Positions 29,865 to 39,701 of a stretch of DNA of 64,000 bases are shown here, one piece after another. The stretch spans positions 9,919 through 73,918 of the forward strand of contig JAEYPH010000039.1 of assembly GCA_023410875.1 (NCBI GenBank), read 5' to 3'. The notes beneath the pieces are model-generated. The model was not told the origin of the DNA, searched no databases, and saw only the letters and a program-made list of their open reading frames with translations. The stretch comes from Bacillota bacterium (GTDB taxonomy: Bacteria > Bacillota > Clostridia > Christensenellales > UMGS416). How positions within the stretch are numbered: the first letter of the stretch is position 1; every line of letters begins with the position of its first letter. A program made the translations under genes and the position numbers.

Positions 29865-31439
29865 TTACTCCAGCGTCGCCGTGGGCTCCGGCTCCACCGG
29901 CCAGATGGGCGTGGGGCTGGGCGTGGGCGAGGCGGACGGGGTGGGCGTCGGTATGCCGTCGGCAGGGTTGAAGACGATCGTCAGGACCGAGGCCGGATAG
30001 TAGCTCGTGTGCTGCTCCACACGGCGGACTTCCTTCCCGTCCTTGAAGTATATCTTATATGTCGTGTAGTATTCACCGTTGCGCGGCTGGTTGGTCTCGG
30101 TGGTTCCGATTTTTACCGCTTCGCTGGCCACATAGCGGGGCTCGCCGCTGGGCGCCGGCACGGTCTTGGTCCTCACCGATTCCAGATCGATGGTCACGCC
30201 GGCCTCCAGCGGAACGCCATAAATCTCCGAATACAGGTAGTACTTGCCCTTTTCCTTGGCGATGTACAGGATCAGCAAGACCGGGTCAGGCTTGTTGTTC
30301 TGTATCTTCAAATCCTTGTGCCCAAAGTCCACGGTGGCGTCCTCGCCGGGCTTCATATACGAGGATTTCAACGTATGGTTCAGGCGCTCCACGATGGCCA
30401 TATCGGCGCGCACCACGGCGTTCCACAGTGTGCCGGACACCTGGCAGATGCCGCCGCCCAGGCCGTTGTCGGTCACGCCGCCATTGATTACGTGGGCGAC
30501 CTGATAACCCTTTTCTGCCGTGCGCTCGCCGGTCGTGTCGTTGAACGAGAGCTGCTCGCCCGGCTGCAGGATTCTGCCGCTGATCGCTTCGCTGGCCAGG
30601 CGGATGTTCGTGAGGCGGGGCGCGCTGTGGTCCCGTATCTGCGAGCGCCACCGCACCACCAACTGCGTCCTGGCTTTCAGTGCGTCCAGCTGAACGTTGG
30701 CCGGAATCGGCACGACCGCCATCTGCACGGTCCCGAAGGTCCGGTTCTCAAATTCTTTGCGCACCGATGCCCACAGCGCGTCGGCGTCCACCCGCTCACC
30801 GGGCACATCCGCAGCGAAGCTCAACCGTTCGTCCTGCGGTTTCTCCGCGTCGTATCCCTTGAACTTGGCGTCCACCGGTTCCCTGGTGTATGGCGCTGCC
30901 AGACCCCGGATTGTGCTCTCCAGGCCCGACGGGTCGATTGTGAGCGAGGTGGTCAGATGTACGGGATTCTCCCTCAGTTGCTGGATGGCGGCGTTGCGCT
31001 GCATCCAGGTCCCTTCGCGGCCCAATCTCCATGCCTGCTCCAGCACGGTATCGGTGTCATACCGATACTTCACATCGGCGATCTTGTATTGCCAGGACTT
31101 CTCCTCTTTTCGCACCGTTACGCCGTTGTTCAGCACATACTCCTGCTGCTGCGCCTCCACGGCCACCTTGGCCTCCTGGGGCGTCAGGCCGGCCAGGGAG
31201 ATGTCATCCACATAGACGCCTTCGTGATAGGTGCCGGTCTCGTCTCCACTTTCCCCGGAAAACGGAGAAGTGGGATCCGGCAAAAGCCCGAAAGGGTTTT
31301 CCATATTGAGCAACGCAAAGGCCCCCGCGCCCAGCGCTACGAGCACGACCACCGAAATAATCAGTATAACCCTGCCACGCTTTCTTTTCGTCGGGTTCTC
31401 ACTGCCTCCGCTTTCCATGTCATTCTTCTTCCGATTCAT
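29865..31439 (-). CDS. VanW-family protein (N-terminal TM anchor, VanW domain, G5-like C-terminal region, Pro/Thr/Ser tail)
   Basis: The VanW core is FSFNDTTGERTAEKGYQVAHVINGGVTDNGLGGGICQVSGTLWNAV. The TM segment is VILIISVVVLVALGAGAF. The start is ATG 31439 or 31496. Confidence 0.75.
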   Translation of the reverse strand: MNRKKNDMESGGSENPTKRKRGRVILIISVVVLVALGAGAFALLNMENPFGLLPDPTSPFSGESGDETGTYHEGVYVDDISLAGLTPQEAKVAVEAQQQEYVLNNGVTVRKEEKSWQYKIADVKYRYDTDTVLEQAWRLGREGTWMQRNAAIQQLRENPVHLTTSLTIDPSGLESTIRGLAAPYTREPVDAKFKGYDAEKPQDERLSFAADVPGERVDADALWASVRKEFENRTFGTVQMAVVPIPANVQLDALKARTQLVVRWRSQIRDHSAPRLTNIRLASEAISGRILQPGEQLSFNDTTGERTAEKGYQVAHVINGGVTDNGLGGGICQVSGTLWNAVVRADMAIVERLNHTLKSSYMKPGEDATVDFGHKDLKIQNNKPDPVLLILYIAKEKGKYYLYSEIYGVPLEAGVTIDLESVRTKTVPAPSGEPRYVASEAVKIGTTETNQPRNGEYYTTYKIYFKDGKEVRRVEQHTSYYPASVLTIVFNPADGIPTPTPSASPTPSPTPIWPVEPEPTATLE

Positions 31440-31680
31440 CCGCACGCACTCCCAGGCATCGTCGATATCGGTTCTAGTATTTGCGTTTATCAGCAAGACG
31501 CGTCTGCCGTTTTATGGGTCTCGCATCGTCATCAAAAGGCTAGTGAAAACTCAGCAAGGAGCACGAAAGGTGATACCGACCGCCGATTTATTCGGCGGGA
31601 GGAAACAAAAAACCATTTGGGAGTCGTTGACAAGCCCGCCCGCAGGCGATTCTTCGGCTCTAAAGAACAAGTGATGAGTG

Positions 31681-31723
31681 CAAAAAGTGAAAGATCGCTC
31701 GGTGACAGTTATCGCCGAGCGAT
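31681..31723 (-). terminator. Rho-independent-type terminator after the aldolase gene
   Basis: The stem is atcgctcgg(tga)/(tcg)ccgagcgat. On the minus strand it is followed by CTTTCACTTTTT. Confidence 0.5.
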
Positions 31724-31790
31724 ACCGAATAGTCAGGACAAGTCGTCCAAATCGCCGACGACGTAACAACGTCGGCGGCGAAAGGCAAGG

Positions 31791-32639
31791 CTATGCCTTG
31801 CCGTCACATCCACATACGAGGATGCGCTGCGCCACCTGCTCCTCCACGGCCTGCCGGACGGGTTTCAGGAACACCTTGGGGTCGAAATCGTCAGGGTGAT
31901 CGGCAAAGGTCTGCCGCAGCGTGCCGCTGAAGGCCTGGCGCAGCTCGGTGGCGAAGTTCACCTTGCTGATGCCTCGCGCCACGCATTCGCGCACGGCGTC
32001 GTCGGATAGGCCGCTGGAGCCGTGCAGCACCAGCGGCAGGCGGACCACGCGAGCCACGGCGCTCAGGCGCTCTACGTCCAGCCGCGGTTCGGCGCGGTAG
32101 ACGCCGTGGGCGGTGCCGATGGCCACGGCCAGCGCGTCGATGCCACTATGGGCGAAGCGCGCGGCCTCGTCGGGATCGGTGTATTGGGGTGCGCCGTGGG
32201 CCTCCACGTCGTCCTCCTTGCCGCCTACCTTGCCCAACTCCGCCTCTACCGGCACGCCATAGGGCGCCGCCGCGGCCACGGCGGCGCGGGCGGCGGCCAG
32301 GTTTTGCTCAAAGGGCAGCTTGGAGCTGTCTATCATAACCGAATTGAAGCCGCTGCGCAGCGCCCGCTCCACGGATTCCAGCTTGTCGCCGTGGTCCAGA
32401 TGCAATGCCACGGGCACCGTGGCCTGCTGGGCCAGCGTGCGCACGATGGCGCAGATCAGCTCATATCCGGTGAACTTGGCTGTGGACACCGACGTCTGCA
32501 GGATGACCGGCGCGCGCAGGCGCTCCGCCGCCCACACGACAGCCTGGGCCATCTCCATGTTCTCCACGTTGAACGCGCCCACGGCGTAGCGGCCTCGCTG
32601 CGCCTGCAGCAGCATGTCCTTGGTCGAGCAATATGGCAT
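31791..32639 (-). CDS. Class II fructose/tagatose-bisphosphate aldolase family protein
   Basis: The track ORF is extended to 33110 by an Arg/Pro-rich artefact. The real start is ATG 32639 (MPYCSTKDMLLQAQRGRYAVGAFNVENMEM) after GGAGG. Motifs are LHLDHG, MIDSS, EAELG and VLHGSSG. Confidence 0.85.
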   Translation of the reverse strand: MPYCSTKDMLLQAQRGRYAVGAFNVENMEMAQAVVWAAERLRAPVILQTSVSTAKFTGYELICAIVRTLAQQATVPVALHLDHGDKLESVERALRSGFNSVMIDSSKLPFEQNLAAARAAVAAAAPYGVPVEAELGKVGGKEDDVEAHGAPQYTDPDEAARFAHSGIDALAVAIGTAHGVYRAEPRLDVERLSAVARVVRLPLVLHGSSGLSDDAVRECVARGISKVNFATELRQAFSGTLRQTFADHPDDFDPKVFLKPVRQAVEEQVAQRILVCGCDGKA

Positions 32640-32794
32640 GATGTCCTCCGGTATCCAGCGTTTTCTCCGATTATACGCCTTCCGGGTGGAAATGGGAACG
32701 GTCGCGAGCAACAAAACCGTAACGTTTCGTCTTGATTTGGGATGTGTATGCGGTGTACACTTTCCCCATTGGCTGTACATCGCGGGAGAACGAC

Positions 32795-34303
32795 ATGAAG
32801 GATTTGTTCCTGGGCATCGACATCGGCACGTCGGCGTGCAAGGCCGCCGTGTTTGACCAAGCGGGCCGCGTGCACGCCGAGGCGGCCCGGGGCTATGCCG
32901 TGCACCAGCCCCAGCCGGGCTGGGCACAGCAGGACCCCGAGAATTGGTGGCAGGCTGCCGCCGCCGCCGTGGGCGAGCTGTGGCAGCGGGGCATCGCTGC
33001 GGCGGACATCGCCGGTGTGGCCGTGGATGGCCAGAGCTGGGCGGCCGTGGCCGTGGACGCCCAGGGGCGCTCGCTGTGCCCCACGCCCATCTGGTATGAC
33101 ACCCGCTCACAAACCCAGTGCGACGAGCTCAAGGCCCGCATCGGGGAGCAGCGCATCTTCGCGCTGTGCGGAAACCCGGTGCAGCCGGGCTATGAGCTGC
33201 CCAAAATCCTCTGGTACAAGCAGAACTGGCCGGGTGTGCTGGAGCGCGCCTCCAAGATTTTGTCCTCCAACGGCTATCTGACGCTGAAGCTGACCGGCCA
33301 ATGCACGCAGGACCTGGCCCAGGGGTACGGCATGTTCTGCTTTGACATGGCCCGCGGCGCGTGGGACACGGCCATGGCAGCAGAGATGGGCATCGACCCC
33401 GATTGGCTGTGCGAGCCGGTGGCCTGCCACCAGGTCGTGGGCGTGGTGACGGCGGAAGCCGCCGCGGCCACGGGGCTGCTGGCCGGCACCCCGGTGGTGG
33501 CCGGCGGGCTGGATTGCGCCTGCGGCACGCTGGGCGCCGGCGTGGTGGCCGAAGGCCAGACCCAGGAGCAGGGCGGCACCGCCGGCGGCATGAGCGTGTG
33601 CCAGAGCAGCAGCCGCGCCCACCCGGCGCTGATCCTGAGCTTCCACGTGACAGGCTCCGCATGGCTGCTGCAGGGCGGCACCGTGGGCGGGGGCGGCGTG
33701 CTGCGCTGGCTGGAGGGCCAACTGTGCGCCCAGGAGCGCGCTGCCGCCGCCCAACGCGGCGTGGGCGTGTTCGACGTCATCAATGAGGAATGCGCCGCCG
33801 TGCCCGCCGGGTGCGAGGGCCTCACGTTCCTGCCCTACATGGCCGGCGAGCGCTCGCCGATCTGGGACCCTCAGGCCAAGGGCGTATATTTCGGCCTGGA
33901 CTACACCAAGACTCGCGCCCACCTGCTGCGCGCCGGCATGGAGGGCGTGGCCTTCTCCCTGCGGCACAACCTGGACACCGCCGCCCAGGCCGGCGCCCGG
34001 GTCAAGGGCCTGACCGCCATGGGCGGCGCAGCCAATTCGCCGCTGTGGACGCAGATCAAGGCCGACGTGACCGGCCTGCCCATCGCTGTGCCGTCCAGCG
34101 ACACAGCCACGACGCTGGGCGCGGCTCTGCTGGCCGCCGTGGGCGTGGGGGCCTACGAAAGCTTCGAGCAGGCCGTGGGGCGGACTGTGCGCGTGACGCG
34201 CTCCCACCAACCCGACCCGGAGCGCCACGAAATCTATAATCGACAGTATGAAACCTACCGGGAGCTCTACGAACAACTCAAAGGCACGATGAGGAGGTCA
34301 TGA
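32795..34303 (+). CDS. FGGY-family carbohydrate kinase (xylulokinase-like)
   Basis: Starts at ATG 32795 (MKDLFLGIDIGTSACKAAVFD). Motifs are GGLDCACGTLGAG and AMGGAANSPLWTQIKADV. Confidence 0.85.
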   Translation: MKDLFLGIDIGTSACKAAVFDQAGRVHAEAARGYAVHQPQPGWAQQDPENWWQAAAAAVGELWQRGIAAADIAGVAVDGQSWAAVAVDAQGRSLCPTPIWYDTRSQTQCDELKARIGEQRIFALCGNPVQPGYELPKILWYKQNWPGVLERASKILSSNGYLTLKLTGQCTQDLAQGYGMFCFDMARGAWDTAMAAEMGIDPDWLCEPVACHQVVGVVTAEAAAATGLLAGTPVVAGGLDCACGTLGAGVVAEGQTQEQGGTAGGMSVCQSSSRAHPALILSFHVTGSAWLLQGGTVGGGGVLRWLEGQLCAQERAAAAQRGVGVFDVINEECAAVPAGCEGLTFLPYMAGERSPIWDPQAKGVYFGLDYTKTRAHLLRAGMEGVAFSLRHNLDTAAQAGARVKGLTAMGGAANSPLWTQIKADVTGLPIAVPSSDTATTLGAALLAAVGVGAYESFEQAVGRTVRVTRSHQPDPERHEIYNRQYETYRELYEQLKGTMRRS

Positions 34304-35346
34304 TGAAAGCGGCAGTGCTCTATGGCGACGGCGACATCCGCGTGGAGGAATACCCCACGCCCGAACCCGGACCAGGACAGGCGCTGGTGCGCGTGCGCGC
34401 TACCGGCATCTGCGGGTCAGACTTGCCCCGCGTGTTCCGCGGCGGCGCCCATCACTACCCCATCGTGCTGGGCCATGAATTCTCCGGCGAAGTCGTGGCG
34501 CTGGGCCCCGGCGCGCACACGCTGGCCGTGGGCGACCGCGTGGCCGGCGCGCCGCTGCTGCCCTGCATGGCCTGCGCCGACTGCCAGCAGGGCCATTTCT
34601 CGCTGTGCAAGCATTACAGCTTCATCGGCTCCCGCCAGCAGGGCAGCTTTGCCGAATATGTGGCGCTGCCCGAGCGCAACTGCGTCAGATTCGACCCTTC
34701 CGTGCCCTTTGACCGGGCCGCATTTTTTGAGCCCTCCACGGTGGCGCTGCACGGTCTGAAGTGCAACGACTTCCGCGGCGGCGCCGCCGTGGCGGTGTTG
34801 GGCTGCGGCACCATCGGCGCTTTTGCCGTGCAGTGGGCCCGCATACTGGGCGCGCGGCAGGTCGTGGCCTTTGATATCAGCGACGAGCGCCTGGACCTGG
34901 CCCGTCGCCTGGGCGCAAGCCACACTGTGAACACCGCCCGGCCGGACTTCCTGCAGCAGGCGATGGACGTAAGCGGCGGCGGCTTTGCCGACGTGTTCGA
35001 GACCGCCGGAGCCACGACCACCATGCGCATGGCCTTTGAGCTGGCGGCCAACAAGGCGCGGGTGTGCTTCATCGGCACGCCCCACAGCGATCTTACCTTC
35101 ACCCCGAAGCTGTGGGAAAACCTCAACCGCAAGGAGTTCCGCCTGACCGGCTCCTGGATGAGCTATTCCGCGCCCTTCCCCGGCCAGGAATGGACGCTGA
35201 CCGCCCACTATTTTGGCACGGGCGATTTGCGTTTTGACGACAGCCTGATTTTCCGGCGCTTCCCTCTGGAAGACGCGGCGGAGGCCTTTGCGCTGTTTCG
35301 CGAACCCGGCCTGGTGCAGGGCAAGGTGCTATTGGAAATGCTTTGA
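34300..35346 (+). CDS. Zn-dependent medium-chain polyol dehydrogenase (sorbitol / galactitol-1-P dehydrogenase-like)
   Basis: Motifs are GICGSDL, GHEFSG and CxxCxxGxxxxC (CMACADCQQGHFSLC), with Rossmann motif VLGCGTIG. The start overlaps the kinase stop (ATGATG/TGA). Confidence 0.85.
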   Translation: MMKAAVLYGDGDIRVEEYPTPEPGPGQALVRVRATGICGSDLPRVFRGGAHHYPIVLGHEFSGEVVALGPGAHTLAVGDRVAGAPLLPCMACADCQQGHFSLCKHYSFIGSRQQGSFAEYVALPERNCVRFDPSVPFDRAAFFEPSTVALHGLKCNDFRGGAAVAVLGCGTIGAFAVQWARILGARQVVAFDISDERLDLARRLGASHTVNTARPDFLQQAMDVSGGGFADVFETAGATTTMRMAFELAANKARVCFIGTPHSDLTFTPKLWENLNRKEFRLTGSWMSYSAPFPGQEWTLTAHYFGTGDLRFDDSLIFRRFPLEDAAEAFALFREPGLVQGKVLLEML

Positions 35347-35483
35347 TTTCGCCTGCGACGTTATGACGTCTCCGCCCCGGCGCGGACGAGCCGGTGTTCT
35401 GCCCCTCTTGTGTCGAAAAAAATCGCATCTTATAATGAGTAAATAAATTCACCCATACAGCACCATGGAAAGGAGGCCGGCGG

Positions 35484-36761
35484 ATGTACCAAGCCCTGGT
35501 TGTGGACGACGAGAAGGAGATACGCGAAGGCCTGGCCGCCTGGGATTGGGGCGCTCTGCCGGTCAAGGTCGTGGGCAGCTGCGCCCACGGCCTGGAGGCG
35601 CTGCGCTTCCTGGCCTCCACGCCGGTGGACTTCCTGCTGACCGACATCCGCATGCCCTTCATGGATGGCATCGAGCTCATGGAGGTCGTCAGCCATCGCT
35701 ATCCCTTCATACGCACGATCGTGCTCTCGGGCTACAGCGAGTTCGAGTACGCCCGCCGGGCCATGCAGCTGGGTGCGGCGGACTATCTGCTCAAGCCCGT
35801 GAGCTCCCAGGACATGGCGGCCACCGTGGGCCGGCTCATCGCCCGCATGGACGCGGAAAAGCAGCTGGAGCACCGCCGGGCCGTGCTGGAGCGCCGGGCC
35901 CGCCAATTGGCGCCGGAGCTGCGCCGCGCCTTTCTGGACGCGCTGTTTGGCGCTGCCATCCCGGCGGAGGAGCTGGAGCAGGGCGGCGTGGCCAGCGAGG
36001 TGCTGCTGGATGGAAACGCCTTCGCAGCGGCCATCGTGCGCATGGACGGCCCGGCGCCCCAGAGCCAGGATATGGACGCGCTGGCCTTTTCGCTGGACAG
36101 CATATTGGAACGCTCCTGGGATGAGCGGGGCCTGGGCTATCACCAGGCGCGCCGCGACGCCGTGCAGGCGGTGCTGCTGAGCAAGGATGGAGCCGATTCC
36201 GAGCGCTTCGAGCGCCTGCAGGCGCACCTGCTCAAGTATCGTTCGCTGTTCCGCGCCACCTTCTCCATCGTCGTGGGGCCTACGGTTCCCTCCCCCTCGT
36301 TGCTGCACCGGTCGCTTGCCGCGGCTCGCCAACGCGCCGACGCCGCGCCGGCCAGCGCCGTAACGCGCTGCCCCGCCGAAAGCCTGGATTCCGGCGCGCC
36401 CCGAGCGGCTGCCGGCGCTGCTCCCGCCCGGCTGGACAGCGCTCTGCTGCGCAAGGCCAAGCAGTTCATGCAGGAGAACTACACCCGCACCATCACGCTT
36501 AAGGACGTAGCCGACCATGTGTATGTCTCACCGGGCTATCTCTCTGCGCTGTTCAAGGCCAACGATGAAACCTTTTTAAAGGCGCTGACAGCTCTGCGGG
36601 TGGACCGCGCCCGGGAGTTGCTGGCAGACCCCAGCTTGAAGATCTATGAAATCGTGGGCATGGTCGGCTATTCCGACGCCGCCTATTTCACCGAAGTGTT
36701 CAAGCGCCAGACAGGCATCACGCCCATCGAATACCGCAACGGCAGCCGCGCCGGCGGCTGA
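35484..36761 (+). CDS. Response regulator, CheY receiver + long linker + AraC-type HTH (YesN-like)
   Basis: The N-terminus is MYQALVVDDEKEIREG, with DFLLTDIRMPFMDG. The C-terminal HTH is ITLKDVADHVYVSPGYLSALFK. Confidence 0.85.
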   Translation: MYQALVVDDEKEIREGLAAWDWGALPVKVVGSCAHGLEALRFLASTPVDFLLTDIRMPFMDGIELMEVVSHRYPFIRTIVLSGYSEFEYARRAMQLGAADYLLKPVSSQDMAATVGRLIARMDAEKQLEHRRAVLERRARQLAPELRRAFLDALFGAAIPAEELEQGGVASEVLLDGNAFAAAIVRMDGPAPQSQDMDALAFSLDSILERSWDERGLGYHQARRDAVQAVLLSKDGADSERFERLQAHLLKYRSLFRATFSIVVGPTVPSPSLLHRSLAAARQRADAAPASAVTRCPAESLDSGAPRAAAGAAPARLDSALLRKAKQFMQENYTRTITLKDVADHVYVSPGYLSALFKANDETFLKALTALRVDRARELLADPSLKIYEIVGMVGYSDAAYFTEVFKRQTGITPIEYRNGSRAGG

Positions 36762-36772
36762 GCGGAGGGCTC

Positions 36773-39592
36773 TTGAAAGGGAAGAGGCTGCACATACAAA
36801 AGGGAATGACGCCCGGGCGCATCATCGGCCTGGCGTTGGCGCTGCTGCTGTGCGCACAGCTGGCCATGATCTCCATCGGTCTGCAATATGCAGGCTCCAT
36901 CCGCAGCTCCATACAGGCCCAGCGTGCCGGCGCCATCTCCGAACAGCTGGAGCACAGCCTGAGTGCCGAACTGTGGGACCTCAACAACCTGCTGCAGCTG
37001 ATGCTGATGCCCGACACGACCCGCTACTTCGCCGCTTTCATGACCCTGCGAGACCGGGCCGAAGCTGACCTGGCCCGGGCGCAGCTGCAGCAGCGCTTCC
37101 GGGACCTGCAGATGGACAACGAACTCATAGACAGCGTCTATTTGATCGGCGGTAACATCAACCAGCAATCTCATTACATGGCCGGCGGCGATTTTCTACT
37201 GCAGGACATTCCCTTCATGCGCATAGACACCCTGCGCCATTCCGGGCTGGAGGTTTCGCTGCTGAGCGACCACGACCAGTTCGTGCGGGCCGATATGGAT
37301 AAAATGCGCACCCAGTACAGCACCGCCAGCGCGCTGCTGAGCGCCGGAGAGATTGCCGACATGGAGGCGCTGCTGCGCCACATCGACGGGCACGTCTTCA
37401 TCGCCAGCGGCAACGAGAACGTGCTGGCCATCATCGTGCTGCGCGATGAAGCCTTCCAGCGGCTGCTGCCCGAGGGTTCGGCGCAGGGCGCAGCCTATAC
37501 CCTCGTGCGCACAGACGGCGAGACGCTGTGGTCCACAACCGAGCAGCCGGAGCTGCTGCGCGCCGCCGCCGAAAGCGCCGCCACCGCCAACGCCCGCGAC
37601 GGCGCCTACACCAACATCATCCGGGAGCTCACGCCCTTCCGGCTGCGCCTGGTGTGCGCCCAACGCCAGGGGGACGGCCTCTTTCAGCCCGCGGAGCTGC
37701 TCAACCGCATGCTGGCCGTATCGGTGCTCACGCTGACGGTAGCCTTTCTATTCAGTTTTTTCTATTTGCAGATCGTATTCCGGCCTTTCCAGCGCATCTC
37801 GCGCCGCATGGACGCCCACTCGGGCGCCGCGCAGGATAGCGCCTTGTTCCGGCCCATCCCCGAGACGCAGCACAACGTCTTTCACACCTTTACGCTGCGC
37901 AACAAGCTGATCATGCTATTCTGCGTGGCGCTGATCATACTGATTTCCGCCGACGCGCTGCTGTTCTCCCGCCTGCTGGACGATGAAACCCAGCGCTGGA
38001 CCGACGACGCTGCCCAGGAAATGGGCGCCTTCGCGGCCATCGCCGTGAGCGACCAGGCGCAGTATTACGCCAACACCGCCAACCAGATCGCCACATCACA
38101 GCGGTTCCAGAACTACGTGCTGGAGAATATCAAATACTCCTCTGCCATCACCTCGCAGCCCATGGTGTTTCCGGGCATTGGCGGCATCTCCTATTTCGTG
38201 CTGCTCAACCCCACGGGCGAGAGCTTCTATTCCTCGATCTATTCCTACAACAGCCAGATGTTTAACATCGCCTCCAGTGATCTTCTCGATGTGGACCAGC
38301 CCTACTGGGTGCTCAATTACAGCAACCCCGTGGGCAAGGGTTCCACGGCGCTGCTGCGCCGTGTGCACTGGGAAGGCCTGGACAGGGTGGTTTGGCTGCT
38401 GATCGTGCCCAGGGAGGATGCCTTCGTCGTGGCGGAGACCGACCGCATTAAGGCAAACTATTCGCTGTCCAGCGCCACGCGCTATGCGTTCTACACCCAC
38501 CAGACCGCGCTGCCGGCGGGCGGCAGCCCTCTGCGCTATACGGCGGCGCTGGATCACCCCGGCTGGACGCTGTCGGTGGAATATGTGTTCTCCGACGTGG
38601 CCGCGCTCAAGCTGGCCTATCAGGAGCGCTTCCTGTTCAGCGTGCTTCTGGTGTTCCTGCTGTCCGCCGCCATCGTCATACGCGTCTCCACGGTGCTGAC
38701 GCGGCCCATCCTGCGTCTAAAGGACGCCATGGCCGAAACCTGGGCCGATGGGCGCACCCGCCTGCTGGAGTATGACAGCGCCGACGAAATCGGCGGCATC
38801 ATACACAGCTACAACCGCATGATCGTGCGGCTGGAGGAGGCCACTCAGGAGAACCTGCGCATCACCCGGGAGAATGCGCTTAACAAGATACGCGAAAATG
38901 AGCTGCTCAGCATGAAGGCCCGGGCCGAGTTCAGCATGCTGCAAGCCCAGATCAACCCCCACTTCCTGCATAACACGCTGGCCACCATCAACATGCTGTG
39001 CCTGCGCCACGGCGACGCCGACACCAGCGGCATGGTGACCGCCCTGGGTGATCTGCTGCGCTACAGCATCTCCGTGGGCGCCGATACCGCCACGCTGGAC
39101 CAGGAGATGCGCCACGCCGCCAACTACATCAAGATACAGCAGGCGCGCTTTGGCAACAGCTTCCATGCAGCCTTTGACATGCCGCAGGAGCTGAAGCGCT
39201 GCCTGGTGCTGCGCACGATCCTGCAGCCGCTCATCGAGAACGCCATCAAGCATGGCTTTGAAGGCTGGCAGAGCGGCGGCCTCATTGAGATCACCGTGCA
39301 GTTGCAGGGCACCCTGCTGCGGCTGACCGTGCGGGACAACGGCGTGGGCATGGATGAAGCCACGCTGCAGCGGCTGCGCACAGAGCTGGGCGGACAGTTG
39401 GACGACTGGCACAGCGGCGGCAGCTCCATCGGGCTTAAGAACGTCTATCACCGCCTGCAGCTGCGATATGGAGAGCGCATGTCTATGGAAGTCCACAGTG
39501 TGCTGATGGCCGGCACCACGGTGGAGCTGGTGTTCCCCGCCGAATTCGACGCTGAATATGAAGACGGCAACGCCAGCGCATCTGAAGAATGA
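36773..39592 (+). CDS. Sensor histidine kinase, YesM-like, with a duplicated N-terminal sensor module (4 predicted TM segments)
   Basis: 939 aa, TTG start just after GGAGGG (start uncertain). Hydrophobic segments lie near residues 15-38, 313-335, 378-398 and about 620-645. The HAMP is TRPILRLKDAM, the H-box QINPHFLHNTL, and the ATPase motifs IENAIKHG and DNGVGM. Confidence 0.85.
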   Translation: MKGKRLHIQKGMTPGRIIGLALALLLCAQLAMISIGLQYAGSIRSSIQAQRAGAISEQLEHSLSAELWDLNNLLQLMLMPDTTRYFAAFMTLRDRAEADLARAQLQQRFRDLQMDNELIDSVYLIGGNINQQSHYMAGGDFLLQDIPFMRIDTLRHSGLEVSLLSDHDQFVRADMDKMRTQYSTASALLSAGEIADMEALLRHIDGHVFIASGNENVLAIIVLRDEAFQRLLPEGSAQGAAYTLVRTDGETLWSTTEQPELLRAAAESAATANARDGAYTNIIRELTPFRLRLVCAQRQGDGLFQPAELLNRMLAVSVLTLTVAFLFSFFYLQIVFRPFQRISRRMDAHSGAAQDSALFRPIPETQHNVFHTFTLRNKLIMLFCVALIILISADALLFSRLLDDETQRWTDDAAQEMGAFAAIAVSDQAQYYANTANQIATSQRFQNYVLENIKYSSAITSQPMVFPGIGGISYFVLLNPTGESFYSSIYSYNSQMFNIASSDLLDVDQPYWVLNYSNPVGKGSTALLRRVHWEGLDRVVWLLIVPREDAFVVAETDRIKANYSLSSATRYAFYTHQTALPAGGSPLRYTAALDHPGWTLSVEYVFSDVAALKLAYQERFLFSVLLVFLLSAAIVIRVSTVLTRPILRLKDAMAETWADGRTRLLEYDSADEIGGIIHSYNRMIVRLEEATQENLRITRENALNKIRENELLSMKARAEFSMLQAQINPHFLHNTLATINMLCLRHGDADTSGMVTALGDLLRYSISVGADTATLDQEMRHAANYIKIQQARFGNSFHAAFDMPQELKRCLVLRTILQPLIENAIKHGFEGWQSGGLIEITVQLQGTLLRLTVRDNGVGMDEATLQRLRTELGGQLDDWHSGGSSIGLKNVYHRLQLRYGERMSMEVHSVLMAGTTVELVFPAEFDAEYEDGNASASEE

Positions 39593-39701
39593 CAGTGTAA
39601 ATATGAATTTCATCCCATACATGAGCATGTTGAACAGTGATATGATTTCCTCGTAGGGCAGATTCAACAAATGTGCGCGTTCAACCACGAAAAAGCTTGA
39701 G

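Noticed and set aside
31791-33110. N-terminal extensions of track ORFs. Examples: 31791..33110, 10340..11458, 12265..14061, 14118..16493, 16778..18742, 27260..28438, 39673..41631, 43617..45101 and 52355..55435.
   Set aside because: - The extensions overlap neighbouring genes or promoters.
- They translate to Arg/Pro/Ser-rich or AT-rich nonsense.
- Each has an internal start with a GGAGG-type RBS and a sensible N-terminus (a signal peptide or a conserved domain start).
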